Positions 17,882-26,880 of a DNA stretch of 64,000 bases are shown piece by piece (the stretch's first letter is position 1; each line of letters begins with the position of its first letter). The stretch covers positions 22,337 through 86,336 of the forward strand of contig CAKOJR010000002.1 in the NCBI GenBank assembly GCA_934090735.1, written 5' to 3'. Origin of the DNA: an uncultured Bacilli bacterium. Lineage in GTDB: Bacteria; Bacillota_I; Bacilli_A; RF39; UBA660. The notes under the pieces are model-generated. The model had not been told where the DNA came from, made no database searches, and saw only the letters and a list, made by a program, of their open reading frames with translations. Position numbers and translations under genes: made by a program.

Positions 17882-18832
17882 CTATTTAAAGATGCTTGGT
17901 CTAACTTCTAAATATTTTTTATCGATGTTAAAGATATTTATTTGGGTCTCATTTTTGATATTGATAAAACCTGTGCCAATAATGATTAGGTCACTATTTG
18001 CTGGAACTTGGATGTCATAAGAGAAAGCTTTTTGCTTGTAGTCTTTGTGACTTTTTACATTGTTTGGAATATATAATGTTGCGCTTGTTTCTGTTTCAAA
18101 GTTGATATATCTTTCATCAATTATATTTAAGGTTTCTCTTTTACGCATTTGATATGTTCTAGGTTTTATCGCATATTTAAATGTGTCTTTAGTGTTTTCA
18201 CTTAAACTAATATTAGCAAAGCCTGGTGAATCAATTACGAGTAAGTTATTAGCTAGTTCCAATCTTATAAAGTCTTTAGTCGTATTTGTTTTATGGCTTG
18301 TTACTACTTCATTTAGTTTAGAGTTTGTTTCTTTAATAAGGTTGTTTACTAAAGTTGATTTACCACTTCCACTGATGCCTAGAAGATATGTTTTATGAAT
18401 ATTATTTTTTTCTAGATAATTAATTATCTTTTTAGCACTTCCAAGAGATTTATTTATAAAGATAATATTGTCATTAATTTCATAGTATTCTTTGATAAAT
18501 TCTCTGATGTTTTCCCATTTAACTGATTTAGGTAAGATATCACATTTACTTATTACGAGTGTTTTACTTCCTTTTATTTTTTTATAGATGTTTAGTGAGT
18601 AGTTATTAATATTATAAAAGTCTGTTAAAAATAATGTATGAGCAGTTTCTTTATTAATAGCATTTATTATAACGTTTTCATCTTTTGGTAAGTTATCATC
18701 TTTGTGCACACCATAGTGCATTTGTTTAAAACAGTTTTGGCAATATATGCTTCCTTCTTTAGGAGTGTAACCAGCTTTAGATGAGTCTTCCATTTGGAGT
18801 TTTACTCCACATCCGTAACATATTTTATTCAT
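17882..18832 (-). CDS. yqeH: ribosome biogenesis GTPase YqeH (circularly permuted)
   Basis: N-terminal zinc finger CYGCG..CQNC, with G4 (SKCD) preceding G1 (GISGSGKST). It overlaps yqeG as in Bacillus. Confidence 0.8.
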   Translation of the reverse strand: MNKICYGCGVKLQMEDSSKAGYTPKEGSIYCQNCFKQMHYGVHKDDNLPKDENVIINAINKETAHTLFLTDFYNINNYSLNIYKKIKGSKTLVISKCDILPKSVKWENIREFIKEYYEINDNIIFINKSLGSAKKIINYLEKNNIHKTYLLGISGSGKSTLVNNLIKETNSKLNEVVTSHKTNTTKDFIRLELANNLLVIDSPGFANISLSENTKDTFKYAIKPRTYQMRKRETLNIIDERYINFETETSATLYIPNNVKSHKDYKQKAFSYDIQVPANSDLIIIGTGFINIKNETQINIFNIDKKYLEVRPSIFK

Positions 18833-19358
18833 AATATCTTCCTTTTTTTAGTAAATCTTGTTTTTTTAATTTATCATAAATTGATGTTTCAATAAATCTA
18901 TTTAGTTTTGTTAAGGTAAAGTCAGTTTTACCAATTGGGTTTACAAGAATGCTAGTAAAATCCATGCGGTTTGCTCCCCATATGTCGGTTAGAAGCTGAT
19001 CACCAATACAAGCAATTTCTTCTTTTTTGTAATTATAAGATTTTAAGATTTTATTATATTTTCTTTTAAGTGGCTTAAATGAAAAGTACGCTGAATCAGT
19101 ACATAAGTAATCTTTAAATGGTGCTACTCTTTTTTTAGGAGAGTTACTAGCAATTATTAGTTTAAAGCCTTTTCTTTTTAAATCTTCGAAGAGGTCACTA
19201 ACTTTTTTAGTTGGTTTTTTTACAGTAACCGGAACAAGTGTATTGTCTAAATCAAATATTAGACACTTGATTCCTCTTTTCTTTAAGGTATTATAATTTA
19301 TATCATAAATGCTTTTTTGATAAATATCAGGCACGAATTTTTCTAACACTTCAATCAC
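18825..19358 (-). CDS. yqeG: YqeG-family HAD phosphatase
   Basis: DLDNTL motif, ..SNS.., GDQLLTDI, and the yqeG-yqeH arrangement. The GTG start is uncertain by a few codons. Confidence 0.8.
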   Translation of the reverse strand: MIEVLEKFVPDIYQKSIYDINYNTLKKRGIKCLIFDLDNTLVPVTVKKPTKKVSDLFEDLKRKGFKLIIASNSPKKRVAPFKDYLCTDSAYFSFKPLKRKYNKILKSYNYKKEEIACIGDQLLTDIWGANRMDFTSILVNPIGKTDFTLTKLNRFIETSIYDKLKKQDLLKKGRYYE

Positions 19359-19424
19359 CTAATTAATTATATCAAAATTTTTAGTTTTAATATATAGAGA
19401 AAAAGAAAAATGATAAGCTAGTTA

Positions 19425-21014
19425 TCATTTAAAAACTTTTTTCTTTAAAATTATAACAATTGTGATTATTCCGAGTGATGATGCACTTATGATTACATTT
19501 TTTATTATATTATCACCAGTTGCTGGGTTAACTATTTCTGGAGTTTCAGATTTATCATTATCCTTTTTTGATGCTAAGGCATATGTACTAAAGTGATTTG
19601 TTTTGAATTTAGCATATTTTTTATCATCTTTTGCAATAATTATGCCTTTTAGAGTCTCACTAGTTTTACCATCTTCTTTTATATAATATATTTCTACTTC
19701 TTCATTTTCTTTGTAATTATCGTTTACTGGTAAAAGAACTTCTATGCCATTTTTTATTTGAGTTATTAGTTTATTATCAAACATTTTACTTAAGTTAATA
19801 TCATAAGCAACTTCAATGTTTAATTTGCTTTCGTCACCAGCTTTTTTAACGTATTCATTATCAGTTACATTTTGTGCTTTAACTTTTGCGTCTAGTGGAA
19901 CTTCATAACTATTTGTGCTTACCATAACTCCACTATCAATATCTTTTGAGGTAACATTATAGCTGTCTAGTTTATCTTTAGGTATTTCGACAATTACTAT
20001 ATGATTGCTTGTATTACCAATTTTGATTTCTGCAAAATGACCCACATAATGTTCAGATTTGGTTCCTAAATTTTTATTTATAATTTCATTTATTTTATCG
20101 CCATCTAATTTCCAAGTTTGCGAGCCATCTATTTTAACCAAAACCGCATTTTTAAAATATTCGTTTAATCTTCTTTCGGCTTTTTCAAAAACTGTACCTG
20201 TTTCATTTTTATCTACGTAAACGATATTATATTCTTTAAAAAAGATTTCTTTTGTATCGTATAGGATACCATCTTTCATTACACCTACAGCACTTGAAAA
20301 TGTTGCATAGTATGGAGCACCACCTCCACCTAAAAAATAATTTACAAACTTATATTCTTTTTCATTTTCAAATATTTCTTTAACATTACCATATCTAGCG
20401 ATTAAAGCATCATTTAAATAGGCATCTTCATTTGTAAGACCATAATGATACACTGAATTTATAACATTTAAACCAAACATTGAATATTCATTACTGAAAA
20501 CTTTTAGTTTTGCTTTTGCTACGTTATAATTTTCCGAGTCTTTAATAAACTTAATTTTAAGAGGGTTTTCCATTGGCGTATTTTCACCATTCTCATCTGT
20601 ATAACTAAGTCTTACTGACATTTCATTATCGAATAGAAAGTCATCAATCATATATCCACTTGAATTGTCGTTAAACTCATAACCTAAGTTTTTTAAATAT
20701 ATACCAAGTGTTCTAGACATGATACTATTTTTACATGCACTTATTCTTTCTTCAATCCATTTTTCACTGGTTATTCCTGCTATTTCAAAGTACCCCGGGT
20801 CTTTACTATCTTCTTTTTGATAATCTTCTTCGGTAAAAACACATTCTTTAGCTAGTTTTTCTGTTGGGTCTACTATTTTAGTGTTTAAATATTTTTCACT
20901 ATTTTCTTCTATGATTGGAAGTTCATTTAATTTAGCAAGTCTTTCTTCATTTGTTAAAGCACTTACACCTAAGGGAATATTTAAGCAAGTTATTAAAATT
21001 AAGAATCTTTTCAT
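19425..21014 (-). CDS. cell-wall-sorted surface protein with NPATG sorting signal
   Basis: N-terminal signal peptide. C-terminus is VNPATGDN, then a hydrophobic segment, then KKKVFK. Confidence 0.7.
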   Translation of the reverse strand: MKRFLILITCLNIPLGVSALTNEERLAKLNELPIIEENSEKYLNTKIVDPTEKLAKECVFTEEDYQKEDSKDPGYFEIAGITSEKWIEERISACKNSIMSRTLGIYLKNLGYEFNDNSSGYMIDDFLFDNEMSVRLSYTDENGENTPMENPLKIKFIKDSENYNVAKAKLKVFSNEYSMFGLNVINSVYHYGLTNEDAYLNDALIARYGNVKEIFENEKEYKFVNYFLGGGGAPYYATFSSAVGVMKDGILYDTKEIFFKEYNIVYVDKNETGTVFEKAERRLNEYFKNAVLVKIDGSQTWKLDGDKINEIINKNLGTKSEHYVGHFAEIKIGNTSNHIVIVEIPKDKLDSYNVTSKDIDSGVMVSTNSYEVPLDAKVKAQNVTDNEYVKKAGDESKLNIEVAYDINLSKMFDNKLITQIKNGIEVLLPVNDNYKENEEVEIYYIKEDGKTSETLKGIIIAKDDKKYAKFKTNHFSTYALASKKDNDKSETPEIVNPATGDNIIKNVIISASSLGIITIVIILKKKVFK

Positions 21015-21075
21015 ATCATCACCTAGTGTAATTATAGCATATACTTTGTAATTACAAAAGAAAAAGTAAGAAAAT

Positions 21076-22821
21076 TTAATCTCTTACTTTAATATGTAGT
21101 TCTCTTAATTGTTTTTCTTCTAGTTCAATTGGTCCACCCATTAGTAAGTCAACACCAGATACGTTTGGTGGGAAGATTTGAACTTCTCTTAAGTTTTCTT
21201 CACCAGTTAGAAGCATTATAATACGGTCGATTCCAGGAGCCATACCTGCATGAGGAGGAGCACCAAATTGGAACGCTGTATATAGTGATCTAAATTTATT
21301 TTTAATAACTTCTTCATCATATCCAGCAATTTCAAAAGCTTTTTTCATGATTTCAATATCATGATTACGAACTGCACCAGAGCTCATTTCATATCCGTTA
21401 CATACGAAGTCATACTGAATAGCAGTTATATTTAGTGGATCTTCATTATTTAATGCTTCAAGTCCACCTTTTGGCATACTAAATGGATTGTGTCCAAAAT
21501 CAATTGCACCTGTTTCTTCATTTTCTTCATACATTGGGAAGTCATTTATGATGCAGAACTCAAATTTATCTTTATTTATTAAGTTTAATTCTTCACCTAG
21601 ATGAGTTCTAAGGATACCGGTTAATTTAGGACACTTTTTAGGTTCATCGGCTAAAATAAACAAGGCATCTCCAGCTTTTAATTCATATTCATCTTTTAAT
21701 TCAGTACGGATTTCATCAGTCATGAATTTATCTAGTGATGATTTAAATGTGCCATCCTCAGCTACTTTTATAGTTGCTAGACCACTAGCACCTTTACCTT
21801 TAATGAACTCTTCCACTTGTTTATACCAAGAGTTTGATTTATCCATATTTTCAGTTTTAATTACTCTAATCATTTTGCCGTTAAATGGAGCAAAGTCCAT
21901 TTTACTTAAAATACTAGTTGCATCTTTAATGATTAATGGATTTCTTAAATCTGGTTTATCAGAGCCATAATTTAACATGGCATCTTTATAAGCAATTCTC
22001 CTAAATGGATATGGAGATACTTCTTTACCACCAAATGTTTTAAAGACATTATAGAATACTTTTTCACCTACTGCATATACGTCTTCTTCGGTAGCAAAAC
22101 TCATTTCTAAGTCTAATTGGTAGAATTCTAAAGTTCTATCTGCACGGCAATCTTCATCTCTAAAACATGGAGCAATTTGAAAGTATTTGTTAAAACCACT
22201 AACCATAAGAAGTTGTTTATAAATTTGTGGTGCTTGAGGAAGAGCATAGAACTTTCCTTTATAATTACGTGATGGAATAACAAAGTCTCTTGCTCCTTCT
22301 GGACTACTTGTAGTAATAATTGGTGTTGCTATTTCAGTAAAGCCCATTTCTTTCATTAGTGAGCGAATATAGTCAATTACTTTAGATCTAAATAAAACTG
22401 TATTATGATGTTTTTCGTTTCTTAAGTCTAAGTATCTATATTTTAGTCTTGTTTCCTCACTAGCATTTTCTGGGTGATTGATTTCAAACGGAAGATTGCT
22501 TGCACATTTTCCTAAGATTTCAAATGATGTAAGCTCAAGCTCAATATCACCTGTTTTCATGTTAGGATTAATCATTTCTTTTGTTCTTTTAGCAATTTTA
22601 CCAGATAGTGTGATAGTGCTTTCCCTAGTTACTCCATTGAATTTTTCAGGATTATTACAGATAACTTGAACCGTACCAGTTTCATCTCTGATAAGTAGGA
22701 ACATAAGGTTTGTTCCTAAATTTCTTATTTGTTCTATCCAACCAGCAATACGAATTTCTTTTCCTTCTAGCTCGCTAGATAATTCACCTATATATAGGTC
22801 TCTATAAATGTTTCCTTTCAT
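21076..22821 (-). CDS. aspS: aspartate--tRNA ligase
   Basis: 581 aa class IIb aaRS with FRDEDCRADR and GAPPHAGMAPGIDR. A T-box leader lies upstream. Confidence 0.93.
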   Translation of the reverse strand: MKGNIYRDLYIGELSSELEGKEIRIAGWIEQIRNLGTNLMFLLIRDETGTVQVICNNPEKFNGVTRESTITLSGKIAKRTKEMINPNMKTGDIELELTSFEILGKCASNLPFEINHPENASEETRLKYRYLDLRNEKHHNTVLFRSKVIDYIRSLMKEMGFTEIATPIITTSSPEGARDFVIPSRNYKGKFYALPQAPQIYKQLLMVSGFNKYFQIAPCFRDEDCRADRTLEFYQLDLEMSFATEEDVYAVGEKVFYNVFKTFGGKEVSPYPFRRIAYKDAMLNYGSDKPDLRNPLIIKDATSILSKMDFAPFNGKMIRVIKTENMDKSNSWYKQVEEFIKGKGASGLATIKVAEDGTFKSSLDKFMTDEIRTELKDEYELKAGDALFILADEPKKCPKLTGILRTHLGEELNLINKDKFEFCIINDFPMYEENEETGAIDFGHNPFSMPKGGLEALNNEDPLNITAIQYDFVCNGYEMSSGAVRNHDIEIMKKAFEIAGYDEEVIKNKFRSLYTAFQFGAPPHAGMAPGIDRIIMLLTGEENLREVQIFPPNVSGVDLLMGGPIELEEKQLRELHIKVRD

Positions 22822-22840
22822 ATTTATTCCTTCTTTCTAT

Positions 22841-23030
22841 AAAAAAACAGTGAACATCCTTACAAAGGACGAATCACTGTTAATCCGCGGTACCACCTTA
22901 ATTACTTAATAGTCTCTCTTTAAGGATAACGGTCTATAGCCGGCTTAGTCTACTTAATTCTTTAAGCACTCATGGTGTCTAAAAGGTTAGCTCTATATTA
23001 ACTTCCACCATATGTTAACTCTCTATAATA
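22841..23030 (-). promoter_or_regulatory. T-box leader (tRNA-sensing riboswitch) of aspS
   Basis: On the - strand: AGAGAG box, then the T-box core GGTGGTACCGCGG (22897-22885), then the terminator ACAGTGATTCGTCC..GGATGTTCACTGT plus T7 (22880-22841). The candidate specifier is GAC followed by A at 22979-22976. Confidence 0.8.
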
Positions 23031-23112
23031 TTACTAATCTTCCTTTTCCAATCAACGTTTATACATATATTTATAATACTTTTTTTATTTAAAATCAAGT
23101 GTTTTTAGTTAT

Positions 23113-24195
23113 TTAGTCAATTTTGTATGGGTCTTCTGAGGTGCCAGTTCCAGAAACTGATACGGATGGTGCTAAACTAATTGATGGTCTAATTACGTAG
23201 CTACCACCTACTCCACCATTTCCTAAAAGGCCTGAACTAATAGCCCAAATGAAAGCTGAACTGCCATTATAGTTAGTTGGTTTCATAGTCGTCTTCTTTA
23301 CTTGCAATTAGAGCTTCTGTACTGTTTTTACTCGAGGTAATTCTTTTTGTTGTGTAGCTTGATGATGTGGCACTAACTACATAATATATTGTTGTTAAAT
23401 TGGTTGTTGTTTTCTTTGAGCCAGCTGTACTTGAGCTATTGTTAGCTGGAGATGAACTAACTAAATACTTACCAACTAAACCAGAATATGAGTTTGCATA
23501 GGTGGCTGTTGTTACTCCAGTTCCTAGTAGATTAAAATTAATATCATTTGCTTCCTTTCCTGGTGTTGATAGTGGTGTTTTTACTTCGTTGTTTGCAAGA
23601 ATAACATCTTTAAATATAGGAGCAATATCTGCACTTGCTTCTGCAACAACTTTTCCTTTATATTTTTTACTAGTTCCTTGTTCTTTGGTCATGCTTTCGT
23701 CAAACCATAATCTTAAATCATAAGTTTTTGATGATTTAGCTGAGAGATTATCTGTTAAAAGTGCGTAGGTATTTCCATTATTTTGGGATTCCATTATTTT
23801 ACCAGAAGATATGATTATTGCTGAAGTTGGAGTTACTCCATTTTTTATAATTACACCTTTAATTAAAGATGCAGGTATTTCACTTGTGTTTAGCGTTTCA
23901 ACGCCTATGTTAAGTGTTAAATACTGATTACAGTTATTAGTTATTTTAAATGTATAATGATTTCTTTGCAGTCCTTCTTTATCCGGAACTAGATAATTAT
24001 TTGCTAGATTTAAGGCATTAGTAACGTCCCCCGAAGGTTATACTAAAGCAATCGGCTGCACTTAAATTATTGCTACTACTTTGTCTTGTAAAATTTTGTA
24101 ATAGGGCAAATTATGTGCCAATTAGAACAACGATTATAAGCATTAAGTATAATGAAGCAAGTTGTTTTTTATATTGCTTAAGCTGTTGCTGCATT
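23113..24195 (-). pseudogene. decayed copy of the secreted-protein paralog family
   Basis: The ATG at 24195 is out of frame with the signal-peptide region (..KQYKKQLASLYLMLIIVVLIGT). There is an in-frame TAA at 24113-24111 and a frameshift at a C5/G5 run (24028-24032). The frame ends ..EDDYETN* at 23273. The tail (..IRPSISL..GTGTSEDPYKID) is in another frame, and the roughly 250-300-codon CWRIVRI core is missing. Confidence 0.85.
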
Positions 24196-24288
24196 GCAAT
24201 CCCCTATCTTTCTATATAAAGAATTGCAAAATAACGGCACTATTATGTCAAGTTAATAAGCTATTTTATTTTATCTATTTAAAGTTAA

Positions 24289-25608
24289 TTATTTAAGACT
24301 TTCCTTGATATTTAGAATCGCTTCTTTACGGTAATTATCAAGGATTTGATGAGCTACTTCTATAGCAATTTCTCTTTGTGTTTTTTTTGTTGTATCAAAA
24401 ACATAGGCTTTGTTTTCAAACATTTTTAACGTGTTTTCTAGTGATACATTGTATTCATTAACATTTTCTTCATTTAGGAAGTTTCTTTTTTCTAGAGAAA
24501 GGTTTGCTGTGTAGTCTCTTTTAAGAGAGGTTATTGCATCTGTTTTTAAAGCAATTATGATGTCAATTTTTTCATTTACTAATGGGATATATGTATTTAG
24601 ATAATTTTGATATTCAGCTTCTTCCATCCCACCTTTAAGATACAATCTATTTACCCAAATGATACGATCGAAAAGTGATCTATCAATTAGAACTATATCT
24701 AAATCTTTTTGCATTTCTTCTTCTAAATCTTTTAATACATATTTTGGTATTTCAGTATTTACTACGTTTTTATATTCGTTTTTTAGTTTAGGATAAATTT
24801 GTTCTTTATATTTTTTAGAGGTGGTAAATTCTTCTAAAATTGATGTTTTAAATTTACCTTTTTTAAAGAAGTCATATAAATTGTTTATTAAGGTTGTTTT
24901 ACCTGTTCTAGGTGTTCCGGTAAATTCAATAACATACTTATTAATATTAAATAGTCTTTTTAATTTTGCTAATTCCCATTTTTTAGCATCTAGTTTTTTT
25001 AATTCTAAGTATTCATCTTCTTTATTTTTGAAGATTGTATTTTTTAAAAATTCGTCTTCTTTATTATTAAAAATTTCATCAATTAGAGATTTTAATCTTT
25101 TAAAGTATTCTTTTTCTTCATCTTCGTTTAGAATAAGACTTTGATATAAGCTTTCAAAATACCATTTTTGTTCTTCAAAACCTTGATTAAATGCTGAAAA
25201 GTCTTTCTTACCTAATTTATTAAAATATATTAGCATGTCTTCTAAATTGCTTATTTTATCTGCGATGACGATAGACTTGTGTCTTATGTCTAAATATTTA
25301 ACTTCATTTACTGTTATAGTTTTTCTTTCTTTCCAAGATAAAGATTTATCTATTTCGGTATCACCTATAATTAAAGATAAAATATCTTCATTAAAGTTAT
25401 TTAAAATATCTTCTTTAGTTGTTTTAGTGTCCTCAAGTGTGTCATGAAGAAAACCAGCTGCAATAACATTATCGTCAAATCCATATAATTTTAAAATACT
25501 TGCTACGTCAAAAAGGTGCACTATCATAGGTTTATCTTTTTCGGTTTTTCTAACTTGACCATCGTGGGCTTTAATTGCAAATTCTTTTGCTTTATCTACT
25601 ACATTCAT
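24289..25608 (-). CDS. fusion protein: RelA/SpoT-type HD (ppGpp-hydrolase-like) domain + P-loop nucleoside/nucleotide-kinase-like domain
   Basis: N-terminal half: AHDGQVRK..PMIVHLFDVA..GFLHDTLEDT. C-terminal half: Walker A GTPRTGKTT and a DRS-type motif LIDRSLFDRIIW. Start moved to the ATG at 25608 (GGTGA SD); the track start is TTG. Confidence 0.65.
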   Translation of the reverse strand: MNVVDKAKEFAIKAHDGQVRKTEKDKPMIVHLFDVASILKLYGFDDNVIAAGFLHDTLEDTKTTKEDILNNFNEDILSLIIGDTEIDKSLSWKERKTITVNEVKYLDIRHKSIVIADKISNLEDMLIYFNKLGKKDFSAFNQGFEEQKWYFESLYQSLILNEDEEKEYFKRLKSLIDEIFNNKEDEFLKNTIFKNKEDEYLELKKLDAKKWELAKLKRLFNINKYVIEFTGTPRTGKTTLINNLYDFFKKGKFKTSILEEFTTSKKYKEQIYPKLKNEYKNVVNTEIPKYVLKDLEEEMQKDLDIVLIDRSLFDRIIWVNRLYLKGGMEEAEYQNYLNTYIPLVNEKIDIIIALKTDAITSLKRDYTANLSLEKRNFLNEENVNEYNVSLENTLKMFENKAYVFDTTKKTQREIAIEVAHQILDNYRKEAILNIKESLK

Positions 25609-25645
25609 TTTATCACCAATCTTATTATATAAAATATTAGGCAAA

Positions 25646-25846
25646 TTAAAAAGACCTTGTTGGTCTTTTTAGAAGTATGTCTTTTACTAGGTATAATCCT
25701 AGAAATAGTATAAGCGTTTCGATGTGAGTTAGGCAGTATATTAGATAATCTATGATATTTTTATCTATTGTTAGTAAGTTTAAATTTATTATCCAAAAGA
25801 CTAAGGAATAGCTTGTTAGGATAATACCTATAAATATTTTTATCAT
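25646..25846 (-). CDS. small hydrophobic protein (2 predicted TM)
   Basis: 66-aa ORF with no clear SD, followed by an AAGACC..GGTCTT hairpin terminator. Coding status is uncertain. Confidence 0.35.
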   Translation of the reverse strand: MIKIFIGIILTSYSLVFWIINLNLLTIDKNIIDYLIYCLTHIETLILFLGLYLVKDILLKRPTRSF

Positions 25847-25865
25847 ACTTAATTATATGTTTAAT

Positions 25866-26867
25866 TTATTTTTTTAGTAATTTAATCATTGTTCTAAGCA
25901 TTTGGCAAGTGTAACCTAATTCATTATCATACCAAGCAATGACTTTTACTAAGTGTTTATTAGAGTCTAAAACTTTAGTGGCTGATCCATCTACTAGAGA
26001 ACCGCATCTATTACCAATAACATCACTTGATACTACTGGGTCATCTGTATATTTTAATACAACATTTGTGTTAGACTTAAATGCATTATTAATCATTTCT
26101 TTAGTTACTTCTATTTTTAAATTAAGAGTTAGATCAACGCATGAACCGTCTACTACTGGAACTCTAAAAGCTAAGCCATCAAGTTTCCCATCTAAATTAG
26201 GTAATACTTTACCTACAGCAGAAGCTGCTCCAGTTGATGTTGGAATAATATTGTTTACTGCGGCTCTTCCTCTTCTACTCGTAATACCCTTCTTGTGAGA
26301 ACCATCTAAAATATTTTGGTCATTTGTTAGAGCATGAATTGTTGACATAAAGCCTGATTCAATGCCAAAGTAATGATCAATTACTCTTAATACTGGAGTT
26401 AAACAGTTTGTTGTACATGATGCAGCTGAGATTATTTCCTCATCACCAGTAAGTTCGTTATCATTTACACCAAAGACGATTGTTTTCATATCTCCTTTAC
26501 CAGGTGCTGAAATTACAACGTGTTTTGCTCCTGCTTTAATGTGTTTATATGCTCCTTCATATTTAGTAAATGCTCCTGTACATTCTAGGACACAGTCTAC
26601 ATCCAATTCTTTCCAAGGACACTCTTCGGGGTCATCAAATTGGTATGTTCTAATTAGTTCATCTTCAAAGATAATACCTTCATCTGTAAAAGATACTGAT
26701 GATTCTTCAAATCCTCCTTGTGCTGAGTCATATTTAAGAAGATAAGCCATCTCTTCACTTGATCCTCTTCCATTGATTGCAACTACTTTATATTCTTTAC
26801 TTCCAATAAGTTCTCTAAATGCTAAACGGCCAATACGACCAAAGCCATTAATTACTATTTTTTTCAT
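25866..26867 (-). CDS. gap: type I glyceraldehyde-3-phosphate dehydrogenase
   Basis: NGFGRIGR, and the active site SCTTNCLTP. Start moved to MKKIVINGFGRIGR (ATG at 26867, AAAGGGA SD), which removes the overlap with the upstream gene. Confidence 0.92.
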   Translation of the reverse strand: MKKIVINGFGRIGRLAFRELIGSKEYKVVAINGRGSSEEMAYLLKYDSAQGGFEESSVSFTDEGIIFEDELIRTYQFDDPEECPWKELDVDCVLECTGAFTKYEGAYKHIKAGAKHVVISAPGKGDMKTIVFGVNDNELTGDEEIISAASCTTNCLTPVLRVIDHYFGIESGFMSTIHALTNDQNILDGSHKKGITSRRGRAAVNNIIPTSTGAASAVGKVLPNLDGKLDGLAFRVPVVDGSCVDLTLNLKIEVTKEMINNAFKSNTNVVLKYTDDPVVSSDVIGNRCGSLVDGSATKVLDSNKHLVKVIAWYDNELGYTCQMLRTMIKLLKK

Positions 26868-26880
26868 ATTATATCCCTTT

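Noticed and set aside
23113-23794. Treating 23113-23307 and 23273-23794 as two real small genes
   Set aside because: Both are collinear fragments of the P1/P2/P3 family in different frames, and further upstream fragments extend to 24195. I call the whole region one pseudogene.
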